A program made the position numbers and the translations under genes. Shown here piece after piece: positions 10,207 through 19,933 of a DNA stretch of 64,000 nt. The notes beneath the pieces were generated by a model that saw nothing but the letters and a program-made list of their open reading frames with translations, did not search any database and had not been told where the DNA came from. This DNA is from an uncultured Gemmatimonadaceae bacterium. GTDB lineage: Bacteria; Gemmatimonadota; Gemmatimonadetes; Gemmatimonadales; Gemmatimonadaceae. The stretch's first letter is position 1. Every line of letters starts with the position of its first letter. The stretch is from the NCBI GenBank assembly GCA_963781585.1, contig CAWAGQ010000009.1, forward strand, positions 91,566 to 155,565, read 5' to 3'.

Positions 10207-11958
10207 TCAGGGCCGTGTCGACGGAACCGTCACGCGCGAGGTGTCGTTGAACGCGCGCGGCGCTTTCGGGCACGTGGGCGCCCACCCCATCTCATCCAGG
10301 TTGCCGCCACGACCACCACCGCCACCACGCGCGCCCGCCGGATAGAGCTCGCCCTGCAGCTGGGCGCGCCCGCCGGCGGCGCCACGCCCGCCGCGTCCCC
10401 CGCCGCCCCCGCCTCGGCCGCCGCGCCCCGTCGTGAGATCGGCGCGATCGCGCTTGATGAAATCCGGATCGTCCGACGCGAGATAGGCGAGCATCGCCAC
10501 GATCGTCGCGTTCCCCTTGAGATCATCGAACACGATCTTGTCGAAGCTGTCGCGGTTGGTGTGGTGCGTATATGTGCCGTAGTCCCAGTTGAGCGAGCTG
10601 AGGCCGAAGCCCGGCACGCCGTAGCAGTCGAACGACGCGTTGTCGGTACCGCCGGTGGCCGGTCCACCCACCCCCGAATACCGTATCTGGTCCTGGAAGA
10701 CCTGCGGCAGCTTCGACAGCCAGCGCTCCATGTGCGCCCCCGCGTCAGGCAGCCCCACGCCCGAGGTGCTCTGGATCCGCCCCGTGCCGTTGTCCTGATT
10801 GAACAGCGCCTGAAGCTTCCGCAGGATCTCCGGGTGATCGTACGTCCACGCACGCGAGCCGATCAGTCCCTGCTCTTCTCCCGGCCAGTGCCCCACCATG
10901 ATCGTGCGCTTGGGATTGGGATACGCGGTCTTGAGCAGCCGCATCGCCTCCATCATCGTGATGGTTCCGGTGCCGTTGTCGGTGGCGCCCTGCGAGCCGT
11001 CCCACGAATCGAAGTGCGCGGACAGCATGACGTACTCGTCAGGCGTCGTTGTGCCCTTGATTGTTCCAATGGTGTTGAACACCGGCACGTCGCCGAGGGC
11101 CTGGGCGTCGGCGTTGACCCGCAGCTGCGGGCCCTGCCGCCGTTCGGTCAGCCGATAGAGCAGGCCGTAGTCCTCGCAGCTCATGGCGATGCCCAGCCCG
11201 CGCGTATTCCTGGTGTCGTAGACGGTGAACGTGCCCCAGGCTTCGCCCAGAGCGTTGGCGAAGTTCGAGATGATCACCCCCGCCGCGCCGGCGTTGTCGA
11301 GCTGCACGCCGAGGGCACCGGTGGGATTGCCGGCGGAGACGGGGAATCCGGTGGCTCGGATCCGCGCGTTCCAGTCGTTCACCAGCCGCACGACCGCGGT
11401 GTCCATCCGCGCCTTCGATTCCGGCGTCGCCATCGCCTGCCATTCCTCCTCGGGCCGGCAGGTGGGATACGCCGGCGAGATGAGGACGAACCTGCCCCTG
11501 GCGTTAGGGAGCCAGCGCGCGAACTCGGCGCTGTCCTTCACCGGCGGGAGGATGACGGTGGCGCCGGTGACGTCCCTGCCGCCGGTGCCCGGGCTGTCGC
11601 CGAGGATGGTGGCCTCGAGCGTGCGGACGCGCGGCGCGACCAGGTCGATGTGGCTGTAGCCGCGCCGCCAGCCGCGCCAGGTGCCGTACTGCTCGGTGTG
11701 GGCCTCGATGCCCCAGCTCCGGTACATCTTCATGACCCAGTCGCTGGCCGCCTTCACGTTAGGCGTTCCGGACAGGCGCGGGCCGATCGAATCGAACAGC
11801 GTCTGCGACAGGTCCCAGGTGCGCGAGCTGTCCATCCCCAGCGTCCAGATGCGGTTGAGTACCGGATCGCTGGTGGGCCGGGACTGGGCGCGGAGCGCGA
11901 GCGGCAGCGCCGCGAGGAAGGCCGCGGCGCCGGTGAGGGTCCGGATGCAACGGGTCAT
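10207..11958 (-). CDS. M28/M20 family metallopeptidase, secreted
   Basis: SAHFDSWD, GATDNGTG, GEEQGLIGS, HHTNRD; start MTRCIR with signal peptide; Gly/Arg-rich C-terminal tail. Confidence 0.88.
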   Translation of the reverse strand: MTRCIRTLTGAAAFLAALPLALRAQSRPTSDPVLNRIWTLGMDSSRTWDLSQTLFDSIGPRLSGTPNVKAASDWVMKMYRSWGIEAHTEQYGTWRGWRRGYSHIDLVAPRVRTLEATILGDSPGTGGRDVTGATVILPPVKDSAEFARWLPNARGRFVLISPAYPTCRPEEEWQAMATPESKARMDTAVVRLVNDWNARIRATGFPVSAGNPTGALGVQLDNAGAAGVIISNFANALGEAWGTFTVYDTRNTRGLGIAMSCEDYGLLYRLTERRQGPQLRVNADAQALGDVPVFNTIGTIKGTTTPDEYVMLSAHFDSWDGSQGATDNGTGTITMMEAMRLLKTAYPNPKRTIMVGHWPGEEQGLIGSRAWTYDHPEILRKLQALFNQDNGTGRIQSTSGVGLPDAGAHMERWLSKLPQVFQDQIRYSGVGGPATGGTDNASFDCYGVPGFGLSSLNWDYGTYTHHTNRDSFDKIVFDDLKGNATIVAMLAYLASDDPDFIKRDRADLTTGRGGRGGGGGGRGGRGAAGGRAQLQGELYPAGARGGGGGRGGNLDEMGWAPTCPKAPRAFNDTSRVTVPSTRP

Positions 11959-12353
11959 GATGATCTCCCCTGCGAAACGGAGATCCTGAAGCCGTCGGGA
12001 TCGGTGAGGCTGAACGCCATCGGCCCCCACGGCAGCGGCGCGGGCTCGCTGTCGAGGGCAATGCCGGCGGCTTTGGCGCGATCGGCGATCGCCCGAAGAT
12101 CCTGTTTGGTCTCGATCCAGAACCGCAATCCTGCTCCCTTCACGCGATCGCGCCCCTTTGCACCGTCGTCCAGCCCGAGGCCGAGGCGCGCGCCGCCCGC
12201 CTTCAGCTCGCAAAAGGTCACCTTGCCGTTCTCCTCGTGGCGGCTTGCGACCTCGAATCCAAGGCCCTCGGTATAGAAGCGGAGGCTCTTCTCCACGTCG
12301 TTGACGGTGAGGGAGGCGAACATGCTCGACGCCGCGAGCGGCTCTCTGGTCAT
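11955..12353 (-). CDS. VOC/glyoxalase family protein
   Basis: LTVNDVEKSLRFYTEGLGF ... PWG..FSLTDPDGFRI. Confidence 0.85.
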   Translation of the reverse strand: MTREPLAASSMFASLTVNDVEKSLRFYTEGLGFEVASRHEENGKVTFCELKAGGARLGLGLDDGAKGRDRVKGAGLRFWIETKQDLRAIADRAKAAGIALDSEPAPLPWGPMAFSLTDPDGFRISVSQGRSS

Positions 12354-12489
12354 CCGGATCTCCTGAGCGGTTCTGGAAACAACCGCAAGGTCAAGGTGCC
12401 TCATGTCACTACGATCTGTCGGGCATCCGATCGGCCACTCCTCGATTCTGCGCGGCGGACGGGCGAGAGGCAACCGCCCGGGGCGCCCG

Positions 12490-12996
12490 CTAGGTTGGCG
12501 AGGACTGGGCCGCGAGCTCCCGGTGCCAGGAGTTCCGGAGCGGCTTTTCGAACGAGGAGCGGTACCCGGCGGCGGTGACGACCGACGTGTCGAAGACGGG
12601 GGTGTCACCACTCACCCGTCCGGGCGCCGCCAGATCGCGGAACCCCGCGCGATCGGTGCACCGGACCGCGCCACCACTGTCGCGCCAGAAGACCCGCCCG
12701 CCCCCGACCAGCGCGGTACCTAACGACGACTGGAGACCCTGGAGAATGCGGAACATCGCGTCGATCGAGCACCCGGAGGCGCCAGCCGTGGACTGGTCGA
12801 CGCCGATCGCGAGGAAATGGTCGTCGCGCCAGTCGCGGCCGCAGGTGAGTGGTTCGCCGTGCGCGTGCCACTGCCGCAGGTACTCATCCACCGCGGCCAG
12901 CATCGGCGCGGCGCGGTCGGCGTCCAGCGGATCCGTCGCGGCGAAGATCCAGACGCGGGCGTCGGACGGAAGGGAATCGAACGAGACGAGGGGCAT
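12490..12996 (-). CDS. Conserved hypothetical protein
   Basis: MPLVSFDSLPSDARVWIF..WHAHG..ASGCSID conserved-looking motifs. Confidence 0.7.
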   Translation of the reverse strand: MPLVSFDSLPSDARVWIFAATDPLDADRAAPMLAAVDEYLRQWHAHGEPLTCGRDWRDDHFLAIGVDQSTAGASGCSIDAMFRILQGLQSSLGTALVGGGRVFWRDSGGAVRCTDRAGFRDLAAPGRVSGDTPVFDTSVVTAAGYRSSFEKPLRNSWHRELAAQSSPT

Positions 12997-13068
12997 GGAA
13001 GGAATCCAGTTTTCAGTTCTCAGGTGGCAGTTCTCAGTTATCAGCAATCAGCAGTCGCCGCTTCATTG

Positions 13069-14061
13069 CTACTGCGCCGCGCCGGGCGCGGCGATCGCGC
13101 TCGTCACCTCGCCAGGCACCCCCGTGCCCACTACTTCCGGAGGTTCCAGCGTGGGCAGGAACGCGCTCTCGAGGGCACGGCGGCCAGCGTCCGATACCAG
13201 AAACGCCGCGAAGCGCTTTGCCAGTTCCGGATGCGGCGCGCGGCCGGGCACCGAAAACGCATAACGAATCGGCGCGCCGCGCAAGACGAGCGTATCATCC
13301 GGCGTCGAACCGCGCACCCGCACCACCGCCTCACGATATGACGCGCTGTCGGACTCGCTGCTCAGGTCGACCGCCTTCGGCAACTGAAGGTACGGGAGAC
13401 TGCTGGCGCGGGCCATCGACTCGTAGAACCACGCGTAGTCCAGTTCCCCCGCCTCCAGGAGCGCCACCAGCTCGACTTCCTTGGGCCGCATGTTGCGCGC
13501 CGGCGCCGCGCGCTTCAGCGCCGCCGCGAGCCCGGGCTGGTGGTAGTACCGCTCGGCGAGCTGGAAGACCATCAGGGTGCGATAGCCGGCCGGGTCGAGA
13601 TCGGGATCGCTCCGCCCGACCTGCACGTCCGGCTGCTGGAGTGCCTTCCACCATCCGTCAGCCGTAATCTGATCGGCGTGGCGCGACTTCCTCGTGTACG
13701 CGAGCACGAGACGGTTCTCCGCGAAACGCACGTACCACGTCGTCTGGCCGGGCATCAGGAGATCGGGAAAGACCTCCTGGTCCGCCAGCGCGACAACGTC
13801 CGGGATCTTCCCGAGCTCGGTCAGCTTTCGCGCCGTCTCGAGACTCCCGGCGTTCTCCAGCTGGTACGAGACGTGTTCGCGTACCACGAACTCGTCCAGC
13901 GCGGCGCGCATGGGACGGGCCAGACTGCCGGCGGTGTAGACGACGAGGGGCCCACCCCCGGACTGATTGGGCGCCTCGCGGGCGCGCCCACACGCGGCGA
14001 GCCCGATGGCCGTCCACGCGATGACCGCGTAGCGCACATCCGGCAGTCGGAACGCTGGCAT
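13069..14061 (-). CDS. Tungstate/molybdate ABC substrate-binding lipoprotein (WtpA/ModA-like)
   Basis: Lipobox LAAC; YTAGSL, AGSLETARK, GRSDPDLDPAGYRT, YESMA, GAPIRY. Confidence 0.8.
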   Translation of the reverse strand: MPAFRLPDVRYAVIAWTAIGLAACGRAREAPNQSGGGPLVVYTAGSLARPMRAALDEFVVREHVSYQLENAGSLETARKLTELGKIPDVVALADQEVFPDLLMPGQTTWYVRFAENRLVLAYTRKSRHADQITADGWWKALQQPDVQVGRSDPDLDPAGYRTLMVFQLAERYYHQPGLAAALKRAAPARNMRPKEVELVALLEAGELDYAWFYESMARASSLPYLQLPKAVDLSSESDSASYREAVVRVRGSTPDDTLVLRGAPIRYAFSVPGRAPHPELAKRFAAFLVSDAGRRALESAFLPTLEPPEVVGTGVPGEVTSAIAAPGAAQ

Positions 14062-14214
14062 GGTCGAACGATGCCCTGCTGGCGCGCAAAGGCCAAGTGC
14101 TTCGCGCCGGACACGTCGTCCGTGTCGGACGGAGCACCTCTGTCCGCGGCACCTCCCTTGTTGATGCTGTTGCCCCCAGGCCCGGGTCTGCACGTGCTTC
14201 GCCAGACGCAAACG

Positions 14215-14316
14215 CGAGTCCGACCCTAATTACGCCGGGGAGAGATGAATTCGAGTTCGACACCAATGAGGGAATTCGAGTCTGACCCTAATTACGCCTG
14301 ATTACGCTAATTACGC
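14215..14316 (+). repeat. Cluster of short REP-like repeats (TCGAGTYYGACMCYAAT x3) plus ATTACGC x3
   Basis: Copies at 14215, 14247, 14272; the same motif recurs at 20995 and 21049. Confidence 0.6.
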
Positions 14317-14430
14317 GGACGCCGATTGCGCGCGCCGTGCTGGTCGGAGCGTGCCCCAGGCGATAGAATCTGCGCGAGCCGAGCACGGCGCGAACCACAT
14401 TGCCCGATCCCACGGGGCACGGAGACCACG

Positions 14431-15666
14431 ATGGGCATGATCGCCGAGTGGAAGAACCTCGACCGCCGTCAGCGCAACGCCTTCGCCGCCAGCTTCCTCG
14501 GCTGGACGCTCGACGCCTTCGATTTCTTCCTGATGATCTTCATCCTCCGTGCGGTGGCGGCGGAGTTCGGGACCAGCGTGAAAGCGGTGTCGGTGGCGGT
14601 CACGCTCACGCTGGCGATGCGTCCGCTCGGAGCCCTGGTCTTCGGGATGCTGGCCGACCGCTTCGGGCGCCGCCCGATCCTGATGCTCGACGTGATGCTC
14701 TTCTCGATCCTCGAGCTTGCGTCGGCCTTCGCGCCCACACTCGCGACGCTGCTCATCCTGCGGGCGGCGTTCGGGTTCGCGATGGGTGGTGAGTGGGGGA
14801 TCGGGGCATCGCTCACCATGGAGACGATCCCGGCGCGCGCCCGCGGCATCGCGTCGGGCATTCTGCAGGAGGGGTACGCGTTCGGCTATCTCCTGGCGGC
14901 CATCGTGTACGGTCTCCTGTTCGACCGCATCGGCTGGCGCGGGATGTTCATGGTCGGCGTGCTGCCGGCCCTGCTGGTGCTCTACATCCGACGCAACGTG
15001 GAGGAATCGCCGGCGTGGCACCGCATGCAGCAGCGGCCGCGGCGGCCGCTCGCCGAGGTGTTGCGCGGACATGGCTTGCTGTTCGCCTACGTGGTAGTGC
15101 TGATGACGGCGTTCAATTTCTTCAGCCACGGCACTCAGGACCTGTATCCGACGTTCCTGCAGGCGCAGCGCGGGCTCCCCACGCACACCGTGAGTCTGAT
15201 CGCGATCATTGCGAACGTGGGGGCGATCATCGGCGGGATCGTGTTCGGGACGCTGTCGCAGCGAATCGGGCGGCGGCGTGCGATCATCTTCGCGACGCTG
15301 CTCGCGCTGCCGATCATTCCACTCTGGGGGTTCAGCACCAGCGTGGCGCTGCTCGCCTTGGGGGCGGTGCTGATGCAGATCTCGGTGCAGGGGGCGTGGG
15401 GGGTGATCCCGGCGCACCTGAACGAGCTGTCGCCTGACGAGGTGCGCGGGACGTTCCCCGGCTTTGCCTATCAGCTCGGCAATCTGCTGGCGTCCGCGAA
15501 CGCGACGCTCCAGGCCGGGTTCGCGGCCAGTCACGGCGGGAATTACGCGCTGGCGCTCGCGGTGGTGGCTGGGGCGTCAGCGGTGGTGATCGCGCTGCTT
15601 ACGGCGGTGGGGCGGGAGGCGCACGGAGTGGAGTTCGGCGTGGAGACGGCGGTTCCGGCCGAGTAG
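14431..15666 (+). CDS. MFS transporter, SHS (lactate/sialate:H+ symporter) family
   Basis: ASFLGWTLDAFDFF, DRFGRR, GFAMGGEWG, NFFSHGTQDLYPTFL. Confidence 0.9.
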   Translation: MGMIAEWKNLDRRQRNAFAASFLGWTLDAFDFFLMIFILRAVAAEFGTSVKAVSVAVTLTLAMRPLGALVFGMLADRFGRRPILMLDVMLFSILELASAFAPTLATLLILRAAFGFAMGGEWGIGASLTMETIPARARGIASGILQEGYAFGYLLAAIVYGLLFDRIGWRGMFMVGVLPALLVLYIRRNVEESPAWHRMQQRPRRPLAEVLRGHGLLFAYVVVLMTAFNFFSHGTQDLYPTFLQAQRGLPTHTVSLIAIIANVGAIIGGIVFGTLSQRIGRRRAIIFATLLALPIIPLWGFSTSVALLALGAVLMQISVQGAWGVIPAHLNELSPDEVRGTFPGFAYQLGNLLASANATLQAGFAASHGGNYALALAVVAGASAVVIALLTAVGREAHGVEFGVETAVPAE

Positions 15667-15797
15667 GTACGCGCTTGCTGACTGGAGACACGGCTTGCGC
15701 GGCGCCAGGGCACGCACCCAGCGATCCAGATTCGGATCACACCGTGGTCTTCCGACGCGCGATCGACCAGCCGCCAACGCAGCGAAGTAGTCTTGGG

Positions 15798-16607
15798 TCA
15801 CTTCGTCCAGATCAGGATGACGCCACATCCGCCGTTCAGCATCTGGTACTGCGGCGGCGCTTCGAGTGGACGGGCATAGACCTCCATGCCCGCCACGTGC
15901 GTCGGAATGATGAAATCATCCAGGTCTCTGGCGTAGCTCTCGGAGGGTTTGACACGATTCAGGTGATTCATGCGCTGCCCGTCGAGGTAGACTGCCATCG
16001 GGCAGCGGTTCGTGCCCGCCGGGGCCAGGCAGACATTGAGCGGGCACATGTCATTCGGCAGCGGCAGGACTCGCAGAACGCTGACGTTCGGTATGTCCTC
16101 CAGCATCTGGGTGAGCCTTCGCGGATTCCTGCGCTCGATGTCCTCGGCGGTGATGAAATGTCCGGAATTGATCCCCTTCTCACGGTCCGCCATCCGCTCG
16201 TAGAAGCCATGGAGAGCGAGCGCGAACGAGCGCGGCGTGGTCACTTCCTGGCCCTGAAGCTTCTGGGCCACCGGGATCAGGCTCATCGTAACCGTGGTGT
16301 CTGCGTGCAGCTCTAGCGTCAGCTGGCCCGGGCGGTAGCCCAGCCGTCGGAAGTCGAGCACCGCGCGACCGGCGGGCAGCTCCAGCTGGAAGTGCCCGGC
16401 GTCATCGGCGACCGTCCGACGGTTCCCGCCCACGAGCACATTGACGTATGGCACGGGGTGCTGTGCGGTATCAGTGACGGTGCCGGTGAAGTGGACCGGG
16501 CCGCCCTGGGCAGCGACGGGCGCCACCGTCGTTAGGCAGGCGAGGCCAAGCGCGACCATGCGTGGCGGACCACCGCCGGCGAAGGGTCGCACTTTCATCA
16601 GTCGCAT
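15798..16607 (-). CDS. Carboxypeptidase-regulatory-like domain + TonB plug-like domain protein (no barrel), paralog 1
   Basis: GTVTDT..PVPYVNV..RRLGY; GFYER; EVY..P..PPQY..CGVILIWTK. Confidence 0.75.
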   Translation of the reverse strand: MRLMKVRPFAGGGPPRMVALGLACLTTVAPVAAQGGPVHFTGTVTDTAQHPVPYVNVLVGGNRRTVADDAGHFQLELPAGRAVLDFRRLGYRPGQLTLELHADTTVTMSLIPVAQKLQGQEVTTPRSFALALHGFYERMADREKGINSGHFITAEDIERRNPRRLTQMLEDIPNVSVLRVLPLPNDMCPLNVCLAPAGTNRCPMAVYLDGQRMNHLNRVKPSESYARDLDDFIIPTHVAGMEVYARPLEAPPQYQMLNGGCGVILIWTK

Positions 16608-16621
16608 CGATCGTCTCCCCG

Positions 16622-17407
16622 TTACTTCGTCCAGATCAGAATCACCCCACAGGTACCATTCAGCAGCTGGTACTGGGGCGGCACCTCACCAGGATGAGCG
16701 TAAACCTCCATGCCGGCTACGTGCGTGGGGATGATGAAGTCATCGAGGTCCGTGACGTAATCGGCCGATGGATTCGCACTCGTCAGGCGATTCAGGCGCT
16801 GGCCGTCGAGGTACACGCCCATGGGACAGTGGTTCGTTCCAGTCGGTGCCAGGCAGAAGCCGAGAGGGCACATGTCGCCTGGTTTGGCCGCAACCCGAAG
16901 GATGAGGACACTCGGTATGTCCTCCAACACTTGCGTGAGCTTTCGCGGATTCCTGCGCTCGATGTCCTCACCGGTGATGAAGTGACCCGCACTGATGCCC
17001 TTCTCGCGGTCCGCCATTCGCTCGTAGAATCCGTGGAGCGCGAGCGCGAAGGAACGCGGCGTGGTCACTTCCTGCCCTTGGAGCTTCTGCGCCACCGGGA
17101 TCAGGTTCACCGCAATTATCGTGTCCGCGTGTAGCTCCAGCGTGAGCTGCTCCGGGCGGTAGCCCAGCCGTCGGAAGTCGAGCACGGCGCGACCGGCGGG
17201 CAGCTCGAGCTGGAAGTGCCCGGCGTCATCGGCGACGGTGCGGCGGCTCCCGCCCACGAGCACATTGACATACGGCACGGGATGGTGGGCGGTGTCGGTA
17301 ACGGTCCCGCCTACGTGTACCGGGGCATCCTGCGCAGCGACGGGCGTCGCCGTCGTTAGGCAGGCGGTGACAAGCGCGATGACGCCCGGCAATGTGCCGC
17401 GGGTCAT
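16622..17407 (-). CDS. Carboxypeptidase-regulatory-like + plug-like protein, tandem paralog 2
   Basis: Highly similar to 15798-16607 over most of its length. Confidence 0.75.
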   Translation of the reverse strand: MTRGTLPGVIALVTACLTTATPVAAQDAPVHVGGTVTDTAHHPVPYVNVLVGGSRRTVADDAGHFQLELPAGRAVLDFRRLGYRPEQLTLELHADTIIAVNLIPVAQKLQGQEVTTPRSFALALHGFYERMADREKGISAGHFITGEDIERRNPRKLTQVLEDIPSVLILRVAAKPGDMCPLGFCLAPTGTNHCPMGVYLDGQRLNRLTSANPSADYVTDLDDFIIPTHVAGMEVYAHPGEVPPQYQLLNGTCGVILIWTK

Positions 17408-17687
17408 CGATCCGGCCTCGTCAGTCGCATTAAACCGCCTCCACGCGGGCGATCACCCGTTTGCGCCATTCACCTGGCGTCGAACCTTGGGCGATGCGCC
17501 CTCGTGCCTCCACGTTACACGGTCCGGGGGGGGGGGGAGACAATAGGCGGAAGATTACGATTCGATTAGGGTTGCAGTTCCCCTGTTGCCACGCTGGCCG
17601 CATCGGCAGAGCCCGGCCGTGTCCGGACGTCGTCGATGACGTCGAACACCGAACGGCGATCCCTAGCGCGTCAGCCCTCGCCCATGG

Positions 17688-18077
17688 TCAGGCGCCGCAC
17701 GCCGCAGGCGCCGGCCCGGCATCGATGAGCACCCGTCGCACGGGATCGGGCCTCACATTGAGCCCCTCGAGCGACCGCGCGCCGAGCAGGACGAGATCAC
17801 CGGGTTCGCCGAACACCACTTCGTCGATCGTCCACCGTCCGCCAACGTGAATCCGCGCCTCGCCCGCCCACCGGGAAAGCGCCGACCCGTCCGCCTGACG
17901 AAAGTGCCACTCCTTGCGCCGCTCGATGCCGAGAGATTCGAGCACCGTGGCCGGAAACCATGACAACTCTGCCCCGGTATCCACCAGCGCCGACGAGACG
18001 ACGCGTCGCGTACGTGGCTCGAGAGGATTCTCGACTTCGACATCGATTCGGAATGATCCCATGTCGTCGCGTACCAT
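17688..18077 (-). CDS. Retropepsin-like aspartyl protease (paralog of 18-428)
   Basis: LVDTGAELSW, LLGARSLEG. Confidence 0.75.
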   Translation of the reverse strand: MVRDDMGSFRIDVEVENPLEPRTRRVVSSALVDTGAELSWFPATVLESLGIERRKEWHFRQADGSALSRWAGEARIHVGGRWTIDEVVFGEPGDLVLLGARSLEGLNVRPDPVRRVLIDAGPAPAACGA

Positions 18078-18177
18078 ACGTCCTCCGCACTCGCCGAGAG
18101 GTACGAATCCATTGCGTATCGTGTCAATTCCTTGCGGCGACCTGCCGGAGTCGTCGGCGTCGGTCCGCCCGGGTCCC

Positions 18178-19086
18178 TTAACCCTCGCCCAGCTCGTGCC
18201 GCAGCGCGCCCTTCAGATCCGGATGCGAGAACCGGAATCCGGACGCCAGCAACCGGCGCGGCAGAACCCGCTGTCCGCCCAAGACCGTCTCCTCGCCCAT
18301 CCGGCCGTAGAGCAGCTTCACCGCGAACGCCGGCACGGGCGCAATCGCCGGCCGGTGCAGCACCCGCGCGAGCACCCGAACGAACTCGGCGTTAGGCACC
18401 GGCGCCGGCGCGGTCACGTTCACCGCACCGCCTGACGACTCGTCGCGCACGAGGGCCTCGAGCGCCCGCACCGCGTCGGTCCGGCTGATCCAGCTGATCC
18501 ACTGCCGGCCGCTGCCGATGACGCCGCCCACCCCGAACTGGAAAATGGGAATGAGGCGCGCCAGGATGCTCCCCCCGGGATGGAGGATGACCCCGGAGCG
18601 CGCGCAGACCACCCGGATGCCCGCGTCGGACGCCGGACGCGTCGCCGCCTCCCAGCCATCCACCACCCCCGCGAGGAACCCCTTCCCCGCGCTGCTCGAT
18701 TCGTCCAGGTCCTCGTCGCCGCGGTCGCCGTAGAACCCCACCGCCGACATGTTCACCAGCACCCGCGGACGCGGGGAGAGCGACGCCATGGTCCGCGCCA
18801 GAAGGTCGGTCGGCTGCACGCGGCTCTCGACGATCCGCCGCCGCGCGTCGGCGCTCCACCGCTGGTCGATCCGCTCTCCGGCCAGGTTAATCGCCGCGTC
18901 GATCCCTTCAAGCTCCGCGCGATCGATCTCCCCGCTCCGGGGATCCCATTCCACGTCCACCGGCTGGGCGGGCCCGTGTCGGCCGATGGTGACGACCTCG
19001 TGGCCATGCGCTTCGAGGAGCAGCACGAGGGCCGAGCCCACGAACCCGCGGGCGCCGGCCACGGCGATGCGGATGCCCGTCGCCAT
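18178..19086 (-). CDS. TIGR01777 family NAD-dependent epimerase/oxidoreductase
   Basis: AGARGFVG, INLAGE, SAVGFYG, GSGRQWISWI, GQRVLPRRL. Confidence 0.9.
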   Translation of the reverse strand: MATGIRIAVAGARGFVGSALVLLLEAHGHEVVTIGRHGPAQPVDVEWDPRSGEIDRAELEGIDAAINLAGERIDQRWSADARRRIVESRVQPTDLLARTMASLSPRPRVLVNMSAVGFYGDRGDEDLDESSSAGKGFLAGVVDGWEAATRPASDAGIRVVCARSGVILHPGGSILARLIPIFQFGVGGVIGSGRQWISWISRTDAVRALEALVRDESSGGAVNVTAPAPVPNAEFVRVLARVLHRPAIAPVPAFAVKLLYGRMGEETVLGGQRVLPRRLLASGFRFSHPDLKGALRHELGEG

Positions 19087-19098
19087 GCGGCTGCCTCG

Positions 19099-19734
19099 TC
19101 AGGCGCGCCGGGCGCGCGGACGCGGGGTGAAATCGACCTCGAGGACGCGATACATGTACCACGACGCCACGGTGCGATACGGCGCCCACGGCGCGCCGAT
19201 CTTCTCGACCCGTGCCGGTGACGGCAGTTTCCGCAGCCCGTACGCCTTCTTCACGCCCTTCTGGATCCCGAGGTCGCCGTCGGGGAGGATGTCGGGCCGC
19301 CCGAGCCGGAACATCAGGAACATCTGCGCCGTCCACTTCCCGATCCCCTTCACCTGCACGAGTTGCGTCATCACGTCCTCGTCAGGCAGTTGGTGCAGCG
19401 CACCGACCTGCAGGGCGCCGCTCACCGCGCGCTGGGCGAGATCCCGCAGGTAGCCGATCTTCTGGCGCGACAGCCCCGCCGTGCGCAGCGGCTCGTCAGG
19501 CGTGTCCAGAAACGGGAGCGGATCGATCATGGGGCCGCCGAGCAGGTCACGCACCCGGCCCAAGATGGTGGCCGCCGCCTTCCCCGAGAGCTGCTGGTAC
19601 ACGATCGCCCGCACAAGGTAGTTGAAGTGCGTGCCGTCGGCGTGGGGCCGGAGTGTGCACGCACCCACTGTCGCGATGACGCGTGCCAGGACAGGGTCGA
19701 CGCGCTTCAGATGCTTGAGTGCCCGCTGATGCAT
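19099..19734 (-). CDS. alkA: DNA-3-methyladenine glycosylase (AlkA-like, HhH-GPD)
   Basis: IVYQQLSGKAA, VKGIGKWTAQMFLMF.LGRPD.LP.GD, WAPYRT. Confidence 0.88.
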   Translation of the reverse strand: MHQRALKHLKRVDPVLARVIATVGACTLRPHADGTHFNYLVRAIVYQQLSGKAAATILGRVRDLLGGPMIDPLPFLDTPDEPLRTAGLSRQKIGYLRDLAQRAVSGALQVGALHQLPDEDVMTQLVQVKGIGKWTAQMFLMFRLGRPDILPDGDLGIQKGVKKAYGLRKLPSPARVEKIGAPWAPYRTVASWYMYRVLEVDFTPRPRARRA

Positions 19735-19933
19735 GCGGGAACTCTAGCGTGGCGTCCGGAAAATTGCAGGTAATGCAGAGCGCGTGGGGGAAGGTGGTGC
19801 CCGCCCAGCGCGGGTGGAAGGTAGTGGTGCCCGCCCGAGCTCGAGTGGCCGGACCTTGATCCCCACCCCGCGGACGATCGCGCACGAGTGATCATCGGCG
19901 TCGCCGGCGCTCCGAGGCGCCGCGCCGAGACGG

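Noticed and set aside
17526..17537. G12 homopolymer upstream of the plug-protein pair as a phase-variation switch
   Set aside because: Intergenic and not demonstrably within a promoter spacer; cannot be supported from sequence alone
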